Source: Trichosphaerium sp. ATCC 40318
Taxonomy: Eukaryota; Protista; Tubulinea
Assembly: GCA_038496445.1 (NCBI GenBank)
Contig: JALMLS010000323.1
Coordinates: 62,001 to 126,000 of the forward strand
Length of the DNA stretch: 64,000 bases
Direction: 5' to 3'
The translations under genes and the position numbers were made by a program. Shown in pieces: positions 1-12,545 of this stretch. The number at the start of each line of letters is the position of its first letter. Within the stretch, counting starts at the first letter, position 1. The notes below the pieces were generated by a model. The model saw only the letters and a list, made by a program, of their open reading frames with translations. It had not been told where the DNA came from and ran no database searches.

Positions 1-717
1 TGAAATAGGAGCACAGTTGAATGTTGAGAAGCCTGACGATTGGTATAAAGTATCAAGTGAAGATGTTGTTAGAAAAGGAGGTGCTGGTCTATTATCAAGG
101 TATAATGGATCGTTATACAAGGCCTTGAAGGATGTATACAAGGAACATCCTTGGAGAAAGTTTCTCTTTTTGTACGTTCCTGTCAAGTTCAGTTTCAAGA
201 AAAAAATAGAATTCTTGATTAATGTTTGATTTTTTGCAGGCGTAAGAAACAAAAGCTTGATGAAGATCTTGCATGTACGCTCTCCACTCATTTTTGAAGA
301 AAAAGTTTTGAACATGAGCTCATTCATCTAAATTATGTTTTTTTTAGCTCGTATATCTGGTAGTAGCCGAAGAGGTCCACGTGGACGTGTTACAGAAAAT
401 GAAAGATTTTACGAAATTATTGGTATTTCATCAAGTGCTTCTGTTGCTCAAATTAGATCTGCATACAAGAAGTTAGCTAAGGAATGGCATCCAGGTATGT
501 ATTAAACTATTGTGTTTGAAGAAACAAAAAGATTCAATGTCTGACTTTGAGATGGCTTTTAAGTCATGCCATTTTCATTGTTATTTACTTGTTATGTTTA
601 GACAACTTTTCTGGTAATGCAACTGCAATAGAAGACGCAGAAAAACGTTTCAAAGAAATATCAGAAGCGTATTCAATACTAATTGCTATGCGTGACAAAA
701 AAGCTAAGAAAGAGTGA
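1..717 (+). CDS. 5'-partial, spliced: ~72-aa 'DWY' repeat protein with C-terminal J-domain (DnaJ)
   Basis: Exon 1 reads ...KPDDWYKVSSEDVVRKGGAGLLSRYNGSLYKALKDVYKEHPW. Downstream exons give ERFYEIIGISSSASVAQIRSAYKKLAKEWHP|DNFSGNATAIEDAEKRFKEISEAYSIL, with HPD split by the GT-AG intron 495-601. TGA at 715-717. Confidence 0.85.
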
Positions 718-1170
718 ACAACAGACAACGATTGCAAGTTACTTGATTAATCCAAAACAATTTTGTACAAATTCTTGGTTAAACAAAACGCACAAAGAAA
801 AAACACTTGTAAATACCAGTACGATGCTTCATCATAGTCTGACAAAAGTCAACCCACGCTTTGAAGTTAATATATAACACAATGGCAACTGCGTCACACC
901 AAAATGTGCACGTGAAAAAAATTAAAAAGATAATGAATTACACAATGTGTTACATATAAAAACTGGGTATGTTGTTTTCGAACATATTTTACTGTACAAG
1001 TTCGATTACTTGGGGTTTCTTTGATTATTGGTTTTTTTTTTCTCCCGGTTGGGTCAAAAATTCGAATGGCGTAAGAGATGTAAATTCCATAGTTGACGCG
1101 TCGATTGTTGTTTGTGTACAAGGCGGGTATTGAAGGGTTTTTTTTTTTGGCGAGTTTGTGTCGTAGAACG

Positions 1171-2505
1171 TTATACAAGTAGTACGCCGTTAATACATCC
1201 ATCGTTTTCTGGGTTGTTTGTTACTTGAGCGTATTTACCCCAAATTACTTTTCCTGTTGGTGTTACAAGTCCCAATTCTGATACATTCACCTATTATTAT
1301 ATTTTTAGTACTGTGTACATTGTAGTAAATGCAAGGGGAGATATATGGATTAAATAAAGTGACATGGTTGTTTTTTATTTGAAGAAAGAATTTTTTGGAT
1401 TTTGAGGATAGGTTTTTTTGGATTTTTTTTAAAGCGTACCTCAATGATTGTACCCTTTGTAATAACACCAAGGGATGTGTACATTGGTGACTGAGGGTTC
1501 TTTTTAACACCCAAAATATCCAAATGGAATGTTGCTTTAAGCTCAGGGTGGGAAATATGAGCTTTTTTAAATCTTAAACCAGTAGGTCTAATAAATCTCT
1601 CGTATTTTGGTAACTTCCTTGTAAATCCATCTGGTACGTATGTAACTTTTGTAATCATACGTTTCCATGCCTTCTCTAATAAAATTATTAATATTTTAAC
1701 GACATGTCTTCGCTAGGTGTCAAACACCAAACTGTTTTTTTGAGGGTTTTTTTTTGACACAGGTGCCAAAGCGGTTTACTTACTTTTACGTTTTCCGGTT
1801 TTAATTACTGAGAACATTTCATTTTCGCTGATTGGTCTTACTTTAGGTAAAGGTACCTCCCATTTACCAGCTTTCTCACGTCGTTTTTGTTTGATCATTT
1901 TACTCAAAACCTAACAGAAGGAAAAAACGTCAAAAAAAAGTTTGATTGCAGAAAAAAAAATAATAAAGCTTTAGTTGGCTTGTGAAGCTTTTGTTTGCCA
2001 TGATATTGTCCTTTATCGTACCTTAGCTCTAGTAACGTGTTGCCTATCCAACAAGTACGCTGGTACAGCGCCTTCTGTGATTGTATCGCCCTCAGAGTGC
2101 AAATTGTTACGCTCGTTGTGCATTTTGATTCTAAACGCATTTAGCGGTTATTTTACGACGTTTTGAGGCAAATAAAAATAGTTTGTAAAGGTGAATTGTA
2201 ACAAAAAAAATGAAATAGGTGTAAGAACGTACTTCTTGGTGAGCTGAATCTTTTCTTTACGTTTTTGTTCATGGTACAGCTTAGCTTTCATACCCGTTAA
2301 TTTTCTAGCTCTTCTAGACTCCTTCTTTACCATACGGGCCTCCTTTTTACGCCTACACACTGGTTAGCGTAGAATTAACAATTTTTTCTACCTTTTTTCT
2401 GCAGCATCGAGGCGTTCGCCTACCCGCTTTTTGTGCAGCTCCATATAGTTATTTTGTGGCTAAAGCTATTAGAAACCATTTTACATCTTACAATGTACGT
2501 ACCAT
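1171..2505 (-). CDS. NSA2: Ribosome biogenesis protein NSA2 (multi-exon; first exon is ATG only)
   Basis: M|[14 protein letters not shown]...[46 protein letters not shown]...[39 protein letters not shown]. Confidence 0.97.
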
Positions 2506-2755
2506 CTTGAAATTATAGCAATAGCTAAATTACTTTGTAAACTTTGTATTGGCGGAGTTGCGAGAAGGACAACACTCAAGCGAACTGAGTCAAACAAATT
2601 CCAAATAAAAAAGTCGAGACTTTTTACATTCTTACTCCCTTACATTTTTGTGCGTGGTACAACCCAAGGTACCAAGATACCATGTAGTGCTAGATACTAG
2701 CTTTCCGCTTGTTGTAGACTGATACAGCCTTTTTAGTAAACTTTCTTACAACATC

Positions 2756-4255
2756 ATGGCAACAGCAAAAAACATTACAGTATTTGGTGGCGGTTCGTTT
2801 GGTACTGCTCTTGCATATTGTGTAGCAAAGAATGGCAATAACGTACTAACCGACAAAGTTTTTCGCCTTTGACACTGATAGGTGACCATACTGACGCGAA
2901 ACAAAGAAGTTGTTAAATCAATAAACGAAGAACACACTAACTGCAAATACTTGGGCGTTAATACGCTCCCAACTAATATAAAAGCAACGTCCGACGCAGA
3001 ACAAGCTCTAAAGAAAGTTGATTTTATTATTCACGCCATACCAGTTCAATCATCCGAAAACTACCTCAAACGCTATGCCAAGTTGATATCAGAGACTACG
3101 CCTATCATATCTTCTTCAAAAGTACGTTGATAACCCTTTCTGGACTTCTACTTTTGGCTTTCCGTTCCAATAACCCAATTCATTTAGGGTATTCACACTG
3201 AGAACCTAGATTACATGTCAGAGATTATTCCACGTGCCTTGGGAAGAGAACAACCAACTGCGTTCATAAGTGGGCCTAGTTTCGCTAAAGAATTACTGAA
3301 GGACATGCCAACTGGTTTTGTTATTGCAAGCGAACACGAATCGCTAAGGAGCACGTTTTTTTTTTTGAAAAAACAAAAGATAGTGCCTAGCGACTGACAT
3401 TTTGCTTTTAGCTCAAATACGCGATTTATTCTCAAGAAAAGAGATCAGAGTGTATTTAACAGATGATGTACTAGGCGTTGAGCTCGGTGGAGCTCTTAAA
3501 AATGTATTCGCAATCGCAGGTGAGTAACAAAAATGGAAGTTTACTTTTTTTTGTTGATCCCTGCATGTAGCTGGTATATCTGATGGCATGGGTTTGGGTA
3601 TGAATAGCTTGGCACTCTTGGTAACACGGTACAGCCATGATAGAAGATCATTGTTTGTTAATTCGTTACAGTGGTAACGTGGAGATGCGCAGCCTTGCTA
3701 TTAAGATGGGTGCTAGCCCTACAACATTGACTGGTACGGAATACTTCCTTTATTGCTCATACTGATGATAACCATAGGTCTTGCTGGAATTGGTGCGTGT
3801 AAAGCCAAAGACTAAACAAAGATACAAAGTGTCAAGATTTTAATGACTTTATGATCGTCTAATTTGTATGCACGTGGTTGATTTGTTTTTCTTTATGTAG
3901 GCGACTTGATGGCAACCAGTTTCTCGCCTTTATCAAGAAACAGGACATTGGGTAAACGACTTGGAGAAGGAGAAACTCTAAAGGAAATTCTTGATTCTAT
4001 GAACGAGGTCGCTGAAGGTGTTGCAACAGCTCCAGCAGCTCAAAGACTTGCAGAAAAGCATCACTTAAAACTACCAATTATTGGTGCAGTATCCCAGGTA
4101 CGTTGTACAGGCCAGGACAAGTATGTTTTGCTCATTTGTTATAGATCTTACAAGGCAAGATAGCTGCCAAAGACGCTCTCAACAAGCTACTAGAGCTTAA
4201 CGTAGAAGTAGAGTTTGATCACCAAATATACGAAGTTGTACCAGACAATGAATAA
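2756..4255 (+). CDS. gpsA: NAD(P)H-dependent glycerol-3-phosphate dehydrogenase, GpsA-type (multi-exon)
   Basis: Motifs [53 protein letters not shown] and VAEGV. Includes a GC-AG intron at 3351-3411 and a 16-nt exon. Confidence 0.95.
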
Positions 4256-4304
4256 AGGAGGTTTCAATACGAATTTTTTTTCTTTTAGTTTACAAAATTT
4301 TTAC

Positions 4305-6704
4305 TTATTCTACAAGTCTGGCAAAATGGTTATGAGGCGCCATTATACCTTTATGAAGTTGTTCTACAATAAAACTTAGTCATTGTCCTTATTTAAACAA
4401 ACTATTAATGCGCACCTGTTGGCCCTGAATTCGGTGGAACATCGATTAAAGGAGCGACTCCATTTCCATTTATATTGACTTCCGGCTGGTAAAACATGAT
4501 AGTTGCAGCCAAAGAATCAACATCACCACGCCACCAATAAGGTATTGGTGCCAAATGTATCCCTTCAAAAAAAAAAGAAAAAGTCAGAAAAGAATCACAT
4601 CAAACAAACAGTGAAAGAAAACGCTTTGCGTACCTAATTTTTTGCACACGTTGACTTTTTCTATGTCTTGTGCCTCTAAGATAGATGTACACAGTGCGTA
4701 TGGTAGTACATTATGGTAATGTTGCTCTCCTATTGTGTTGGAGTTAGTTACTATCGTTTTTCTTTGTTTTAAGGGCAGATTCCAGCTAAAGAGCCAAGGC
4801 CTCTGCGGTTCCAAATATTATGTTGCCCAAATGTCTTGATAGCCATTCAGTAGAACTACGAGTTTAATCGTTGTACTATTGCAAGCGCAAACAACCCTTT
4901 TAAGAAAACTGTTTCCTCAGAATTTGCACTAGAAAATAAAAAACAAACAGAAAAAAATTGTGGTTGAAAAATAGTCAAATTTCTGCAGATCCACGCAATA
5001 ACCTTTTTTTTGAATAAACCTCAAATGGTACAGCTTTCGTCACAAGACTTGGCATATTGAAGTTTTCGTTTCTAGTACCTTGGTATTCAATTGCAAGGTC
5101 GAATTTTGGGATAAAAATATCCAACGATATCTTTGCCTGTGTATCAGCTGTTTTGCCAATGATGTGCTCTTCGTTTATTTTAATATCTGGGAAAATAATC
5201 TTAAGACATAGAAGAAGCTGCCTTGAGATAAAGTAAGTACAAAGAAACTCAAGAAGTAAACCTGAGTGTACCGCTGAGATGATTTTTTGGAGCTTCTGGA
5301 AAACCGTCTCCAATCCCATCTGAAACTTGGATACAGGCCTTGAAGTGCATGTCGATAATAGCGCCTTACAGATAGGCCACCAAGATTTTCAATCTGTTTC
5401 GCTGAAATGCGGTACCTACGAAAAGTGTCAAAACTTGAAAACACGTGCAGTAAGTAGTACCATGAGTTAGGGTCTGTGATATTATGTTTGCTAGCTACTC
5501 TAGATAGGAATTGTAATTGGTTGGTTTCATCTGTCCAGAAGCCTCTTTCCACCCTTTGGGATAATGGGAAGTGAAGCTTGGCTTCGGGATACAAAGTGTT
5601 GAAAATTTTTGGCATTGTACTATATCTAAACTGAGTAAGCACGTGTTATGTTTTAACTATGTATTCGTCCATACTTGCTTAGGAGTCTACCCCCACTTGC
5701 TTTGTGGAATGTTTTTGTATCAACAAGTGAGAATTGATCAAGTGTCTTTATGTCTAACGTTTTAGCTATAACTTCTACTTTGGCGATACGATTCTTATTG
5801 GTGTCATAAAACCTTTGAGGCATTATTCTAATCTTATTAAAATCACTACAGACTCAATGACGATTGTGTACTTGAATTTTGATGCATCCCATGGATACTC
5901 AGGATATACGTTCTTCAGTGCTGCTAAAAGACTATTCTCGTACCTACAAGAAGAATTAGTTAAAGAAGAACTAGCAAACTGTTTCAAACCACGTGCTTTT
6001 TCATCATGCCATTCATTTTGAATCTGTTATAAACATCACTGCCCTTAACTTTATACCAGTCTTCAGGTCGTTCTATACCAAGTTGTTGAGCAACATAGTC
6101 AAACTTTTCGCGTTGATTAGTGACATCCATCCAATGACCATTTGGCACAGTGCTACAGTGTTGGTTTAATACAATTACGTTGAAGCTTGTCAGTACGCAC
6201 GAGAATTGCTGCATCTTCCATTCATGGCGTGGGAATAGCTTAAGCAGTAGTTCAGCTACAGAATCGTTGTACCTGAGTTTGGTTAGAACATAGTGCTTGC
6301 AATGCTATATCACCTGTGTAGGAAGCCCTGACCGTCGTTTTGGAGAATATCTTCTGTTTTGACGAAATACCAATCGTCCAAGTGAGTTATATTCAGCTTA
6401 TTAGCTAAGTCATCGATAAATCGCCTGTGGTTCGAGTATTTGTCCCAGTGACCAATAGATCTACGCTTGTAAAAGAGTTTTCGCTTGACACTTGATTTCC
6501 GTTTTAAAACGTGTATTCTTGTGCAATAATATCGATTGTGTAGCGGTTTTACGCCTTTTAAGTGTCAACAGACAAATTTTCAACAACCAAAACCGTTAAT
6601 GGTGACTAGTTGCCGTAACGCTCCTATTATAACGTACTCGAGAGCGATTGTGCGTATCCAGGATTTGTAGCCACACTACAACCCCACAGATTCTTGATGC
6701 GCAT
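4305..6704 (-). CDS. 'DWY' tandem-repeat protein with C-terminal PD-(D/E)XK/RAP-like endonuclease domain; putative organelle transit peptide
   Basis: Basic N-terminus MRIKNLW...HNRYYCT. Repeats such as GHWMDVTNQREKFDYVAQQLGIERPEDWYKV. C-terminus SKKSSQR..LDIFIPKFDLAIEYQGEQHY..QDIEKVNVCKKLGIHLAPIPYWWRGDVDSLAATI. The last exon is uncertain. Confidence 0.8.
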
Positions 6705-6750
6705 TCCTGTCGCGTGTTCATATAGATAGCGCTAATTTAATGCTGACAGT

Positions 6751-8143
6751 ATGCTTCAAACAAATTCTCGTGCGTCACAGTCTTCTGCCAACATGTTAAA
6801 GAAAGCCAGAGTGCCAATAAACCACGTATTCAGACTACGTGTTCTTATTGGCGTTGCAATAGCTTCATTAGTTTTATCTATCATCTTATTCGCTGTGCGT
6901 TATTTCTTGCACCTCCCCGATATGCTTATGTTGGGTAGGAACATTTTTCGAAAGATGAAAAGGCTTTTTGTGACGTCAGCGCCACTATATCATGCACAGC
7001 CCTTCGTCATTCCGAATGGGCGTTTATCTTTAACGTGCCAGTGGCTTTACTTGGTGTACGCGTATAACTACAACAGAACCTACTCTGACGCACTTTCAAG
7101 GTGATATGGAACGTCGTGGCTATTATAGCAGGTATTTTTGGATGTCATTAACCCAAAGTATTAACAGTAGAAAAGGCATTAAAGCTATGGTCTCAAATGG
7201 TACCAACAACCCCTATTTTACGTTTTTGTGGTTGTGGTGTTTGGCAGGATGTGTGTTCGTCTTGTACTTCATCATAGGTACTATAGTTTGATCCTCTTGA
7301 TGCTTACATACTGTAGGTGAGTTGTATGTAGGCAGTTTATGTCCTTTGTGTACTCTTGTCCACGTCGGCGTGTTGATTATGACATACTTGTCTTATTCTC
7401 TAATACAAACTCAACGACAGAATCCACCTCTCATAGCGTCATTGAAGCGTATGAGAGTATTTATTTTGATAGTAGCATTTTTACTCGTATTGCCGTTTTT
7501 CCGTTACAACTTGCTTCACACTTCCACCGATTCTGCTAGTAGCAATACTCAACTACTAGAAAGTGCGGCCACTGAGGAGGCACAGGCTATCGATATTGAA
7601 AAAATAGAACGTCGCACAATACCAAAGAAAGATACTGAAGAAGGAGAAGAAGAAGAAGAAGGAGAAGAAGAAATTGTTAGTGTTGCCAAATGTATAACAG
7701 AAAAAGGATGGAAGTTTTATGGATCTAATCATTGTGGTCATTGTATTCATCAAAAAGAGATGATAGGAGAGAAGGCTATGGAGCATATAATATTCATAAA
7801 TTGTCCAACAGTAAGTTACTTCTTTCTTTCTTTTTTTTTTGACATTTTTGTTTGATTTTTGTTTTTTCGGAAATACCTGCACAAACGCGGCCATCAACAT
7901 ACTGAAACAGTGCAGAACGCATTTTTTGAGTATGTTTGTGTTCGCTAAAGGATATATTCTTGCAGTAAAAGGTTGGTTGTTAGAGCTAATTGGTTTTGTT
8001 TAAAGAATAGGGAAACTTGCAAACAAAAACAGATTAACGCATTTCCGACGTGGCTACGGGAGAAGAAAGGTATAGAAATTAGGCGTGCAATGGGCACACA
8101 ATCTCTTGAATTCTTGAAGAAGATGTGTTCTGAAGCTGCGTGA
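6751..8143 (+). CDS. Vitamin K epoxide reductase (VKOR)-thioredoxin-like fusion membrane oxidoreductase
   Basis: Spliced: TM helix, FCDVSATISC loop cysteines, SEW, NVPVALLG, TM segments, CPLC. Then an acidic linker and a Trx-like domain KFYGSNHCGHCIHQKEM...INC...C...AFPTW...GTQSL. Confidence 0.88.
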
Positions 8144-8256
8144 GACCAGGTCATGATTGTACATAATAAAAAAAATGAGCCAAGAAAATTTAATACAAGC
8201 TTTTTTTTTTCCTCTTTCGGTTTCTGACTCAGTCATTCATGTCACCTGTATAAGTT

Positions 8257-9026
8257 TTAAAGTTCAGATTTTTCCTCAGCGCATACTATAGTATCTGTTA
8301 GTAGTGAAACTAGCGAATCATAATATTTTTAAACAGTACCAAGTAACTTTTCTTCACAAAGCTGTTTCTGCAGCTTTTCTGTTTCCATATCGTGCCATTT
8401 GTTGTCTAGGTATACGTTTACAACGTCTTCTGCCCATTCGCCCATAAAGTGGAAACACTACAAGTAAAGATTAGCGCAGTCACGTGGGACGCTAGCGCTG
8501 TATCAAAGTAGATACCTTCATACGCATATCATCCTTTGAGATTACAGTGTTACCATCCTCATCTTTTAACGCTGGAATAAACTCACATACGCGTCCTGTC
8601 AATAGTGCTGAGATTGATCTGAGGTATGTCAGCGAAAATAATTTAACATTTTGAAAAAAAAAGTCTGTACTCCATTGTAAGTGCTCCATCTTCCTCAAAA
8701 GGCTCTTTACCATGGTCTAAATCCCATTCCAATAACTTTATAGTGGTCCAACACACTCTGAGACAAACTAAAAAAGAATAAGATGCCACTCAAGTTTTTA
8801 ACTTATGACACGTGTCAAGGTAGTTGATCTGAGCTTGTTTACGCTAAAATAGTTTAAAAAGCCTCCTTCACGTACCTTTACATTCTAACTCAACTTCGCT
8901 ACCAACCAAAGGCATTTGTAGAAAGGTATTAATGTCTCTTGGAGTTTTTAGCTCAGGTTCATCGTCACCAAAGACAAGAAGGAGATTGAGAGCGAAAATA
9001 AGTACTACAAGTATACTGGCCTTCAT
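8257..9026 (-). CDS. Secreted/ER saposin-like (Canopy-like) protein
   Basis: Signal peptide MKASILVVLIFALNLLLVFG, then ECKVC...VCE...KCFHFM...QLCEE...VC with saposin-like Cys spacing. Ends KSEL*. Confidence 0.6.
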
Positions 9027-9526
9027 TTGAGCAAGTTAAACGGATATTGTGTTGACCTGAGAAGAACGCCTGTCAGCCATATCTTGTACATAAGATACAA
9101 AACCTACGAATTTCAATTCAGATGCACATGATGGAGATGCTATCATCTTCAATGACCCAATATGGTAGATGGGTAAATCAATTTGCATGATGCACATTTT
9201 TATTTGAACACCACAAGTCCGGGTAGTTGCTTTGAGACTGAAAACTGAGGCGCGGTTCAATATATTGCACCTCTGTTTGGGTAACGTCCAGTTTGCACCT
9301 GGCTTTTTTAGTGTATTTTACCCAATAGCTACCGTTCTTACTCAAATACTACAACAAGCTCTTTGTATGAATTGTTTGCTCACAAAAACAGGCAACAAAG
9401 GTTCCGAAAGCAGTTCGTCGTTCATGAATTTGGTTAAGTCGTTTTGGGTCGCAAATTTTTAAGGTTCATAAAATCGCTACACATAACACAAGAAGCAAAT
9501 CATCTCTAAGAATAGTATTATAAATC

Positions 9527-12272
9527 ATGTCCTGTTGTTATTGGTACCTTTAAGCTTTGTGAAGTTCTTTCTAACGTTTCGTAAGTTTACCAAACATTCT
9601 ATGCATACCTGAAGGCGAGCAGAGGCTTATGAAAGGCTGTACTGAGGTAAACTAACATTTCTTACACGAGAAAAACTAAATAATTGTTTAGTACAAGACT
9701 ATTGATGGCCCAACAGGTACAATACGCAGAAACTAAGACTAACATCCTTTTTTGTTTTTCGACAACTTTTTTTTGCTTATTTTCTCCAAGTTACGTGTAT
9801 TGGACCTTTTTGGTCTTCAGATAGCCGTATGGGCATTACATTAAGTAAGACTGAATACGTTAAAATTGAGGATGAATTAACAGGCACGTGTACATTTCAC
9901 TTGATTTTTCCGTTGGAAAAACAAACCAAAAAAGAGCTTTACCATTTCCGTTAATTCTCTGGTTTAGGTGACTACAAGGTTATCAAAGGACCAGCATTAT
10001 ATTTTAAAGGTATTGTCCAACATGTGATTTAACCCGCATTTCGCTTATAGTGCTTGTAGGCGCTCACGAAAAGGAATACAACAACCAAGGAAAAACAGCA
10101 GCAAAACAGCTGTACGTTTTGACTATTTTTTTTTTTTGAAGTTGATCAAGTTTTCTCGTGTTACGACCTGACATTGTTTGATAGAGGCCCTACTGATTAC
10201 CTAATCATCAGTGACGAACAAACCGGTAACCTTTCTCAGATTAGAGGGCCATTATTGTGGTTCCCAGGTAAGATCTTTTGTGTTTGTTTGGTTTTTTTTT
10301 AACTTTTTTATTAGGTCCTTTTGATAAAGTAGAGCGTGACTTGACCGCTGTACCTCTACAACATAACCAGTACATGAAAATTGTGGACACAGAAACTGGT
10401 ATTATTCGTGTAGAAAAGGGAGAGGATTTGATCTATTTGGAACCAACTGAAGAGGTTCTTAATGTCAATAGAAACGATAAAGGTGTTAAAGAAGCAGTTA
10501 ATATCGATGAGGTACGTGATTCATACACTATCAACGATATTAATGAGTTTGGTTTTAGCATACGGCTGTACTAGTGAGAAACACAAAAACAGGTCAACTA
10601 CGACTTGAAATGCGCCAACAGTTGCTCATTCCTAGCAATGTTGAGGAAATTGAGAAGGTTCAAAAGAAGGTTACTCTAGAAGACCACGAGAGTGTTATTC
10701 TAAAGGACAAAGAAGGTCGCTTCCACTTTAAACATGGTACACCTTTTATCTTGTCCTAAACACAATCCTGACAGTTTTTCTTTAGGGTGTGAGGATCCTA
10801 GCGCACCACATGCTGTGGTCACAGCATCAAGCGCTAAGAAGAGCAAGAAGAGTAAGAAGGGAAAATCAGATGATAACAAGGTAATTTTAGTTGTTATTTT
10901 TTGAAGATACATTACGACAAATTGTAATCTTGATTAACGCTGTCAATAGGAGAGCATGTTCCAAAATGAAGACGACCTAATAAAAGAGATGTTGGAGAAT
11001 GAGTACCAACGTGCTTTCTTCATCCCACCTTACTGCGAGGTAACGAAAACAAACAAAAACCCCATTGTTTTAACTCATAATGATTAGATTGTTTCATTGC
11101 AATGGAGCAAGGGCATAAAGAAGGATAAACAAGAAGTCATCACTAGGATTGATAGACGCCCAGCTTATATGGATTATGAGTTCCTTTGCCGTACTTGTGA
11201 TAACGTAGAATTGGTGCGTAGAAACAAAAACCCCGAAAGGTAGATTCCGTTAAACCTAATTGATTTGTTAGATCCTTGATATCACTTTCTTCTGGCAAGT
11301 GACTGATGTTCAAGTAATGATTGAACATACAGAAGATCCAAGGTAAGTAATAGTGTTCATTTTCTTTTTACGACACAAAACTCACAAGCGGTTTTTAGAG
11401 GCGATATTTGCAACCACGCTCGTTCTATCATTATTCAAGAAGTCAGTCAAACTACACTCGAGAAGTTCATGGCAGGATTCAATAAAATCATTCAACATGC
11501 ACTCCTAGAAACTGGAGACTCATTCTACGAAGACAGAGGTACGCTACCATAGGAGATTGAACAAAATGACAACGTTTTACAAAGGAAACTAAACAATGAA
11601 CCTAGGTTGTATTGTCCATACTGTTGAAGTCCGTTCATACCATTGTAAGGATCCTGGCACAGAAAGAACACTCCAAGAAATTATTAAAGGCACGTGATAT
11701 AATTTCATCATCACGTGATAACTTTTGATTAGAAACAACGGATCGCTTGAACAGACTTCAAAAAGTACAATCAGAGAACGAAGTAAAACTGTACGAAATG
11801 AAGGGTAACATCGAAGAAGAGAAACTTCATGGTGATCTCTTAAAAATCCGTCACTCCCATCATCGTGTGGAAGCTGCTATGGAGGGTGAGGCTGAGGCCG
11901 ATCAAATTGCAAAGTTCATGGAGGGTCTACCAGATCTCGATGAAGCAACTGTTGTAGCTATGTGGAATACTCTTAGAAAGATTGATTCTCTTCAGTACGT
12001 GCCTCAACCAACGTTTTAAATCAACCTAACGATTACACTTTAGTGCTGTCGCACAGGGTAATAGCCGCATGTACTTCACACCTAATGATGTCAACTTATC
12101 TATCGAAACTTTCGAGAATCCTGCAGCTGATGTAAGCTTTATTTTGTTTTTCTTGGGTGTTTTTCTTTTGTTTATGTCTTGTTAGGGTCCACCAAGGTCT
12201 AAGAACCAAGCAAAGGCTAAGAGATATAACTTTAACAAGTTCACAAACCAGAATCAAGAAGAGGAGAAATAA
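9527..12272 (+). CDS. Major-vault-protein-like protein: MVP-type repeats + SPFH/band-7 shoulder domain + coiled coil
   Basis: Repeats DELTGDYKVIKGP / DEQTGNLSQIRGP / DTETGIIRVEKGE / NTKTGQLRLE. Shoulder domain CRTCDNVELILDITFFWQV..DPRGDICNHARS..VHTVEVRSYHCKDPGTERTLQEIIKETT, followed by a coiled coil. Confidence 0.75.
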
Positions 12273-12545
12273 GACGTTTGGCCTCCAAAAGCAGAGCCGC
12301 TCACCTTAGTTTTTGTACAGCTACAAAATAAACAAACAATTTTAAATTTAAAGTACAAACACTCATTTAAGAATAATCCAAACTCCAATGATATATTACA
12401 ATGCACGTGGAAACTTGGTTAGCTATACGTAGCTTGTTTGAAAAGTTAATGAGTAAACGTAGAACGTCAGGAATCCAATTTTAGTGGTTTTTTTATTTAC
12501 AGTTTTTGTACAAGTTTGAAAAAAAGTTTGCTACGACATAAGATC

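Noticed and set aside
9120-9250. C/D box snoRNA between the saposin-like and MVP-like genes
   Set aside because: Only imperfect C boxes (ATGATGG, ATGATGC) and no identifiable rRNA guide.
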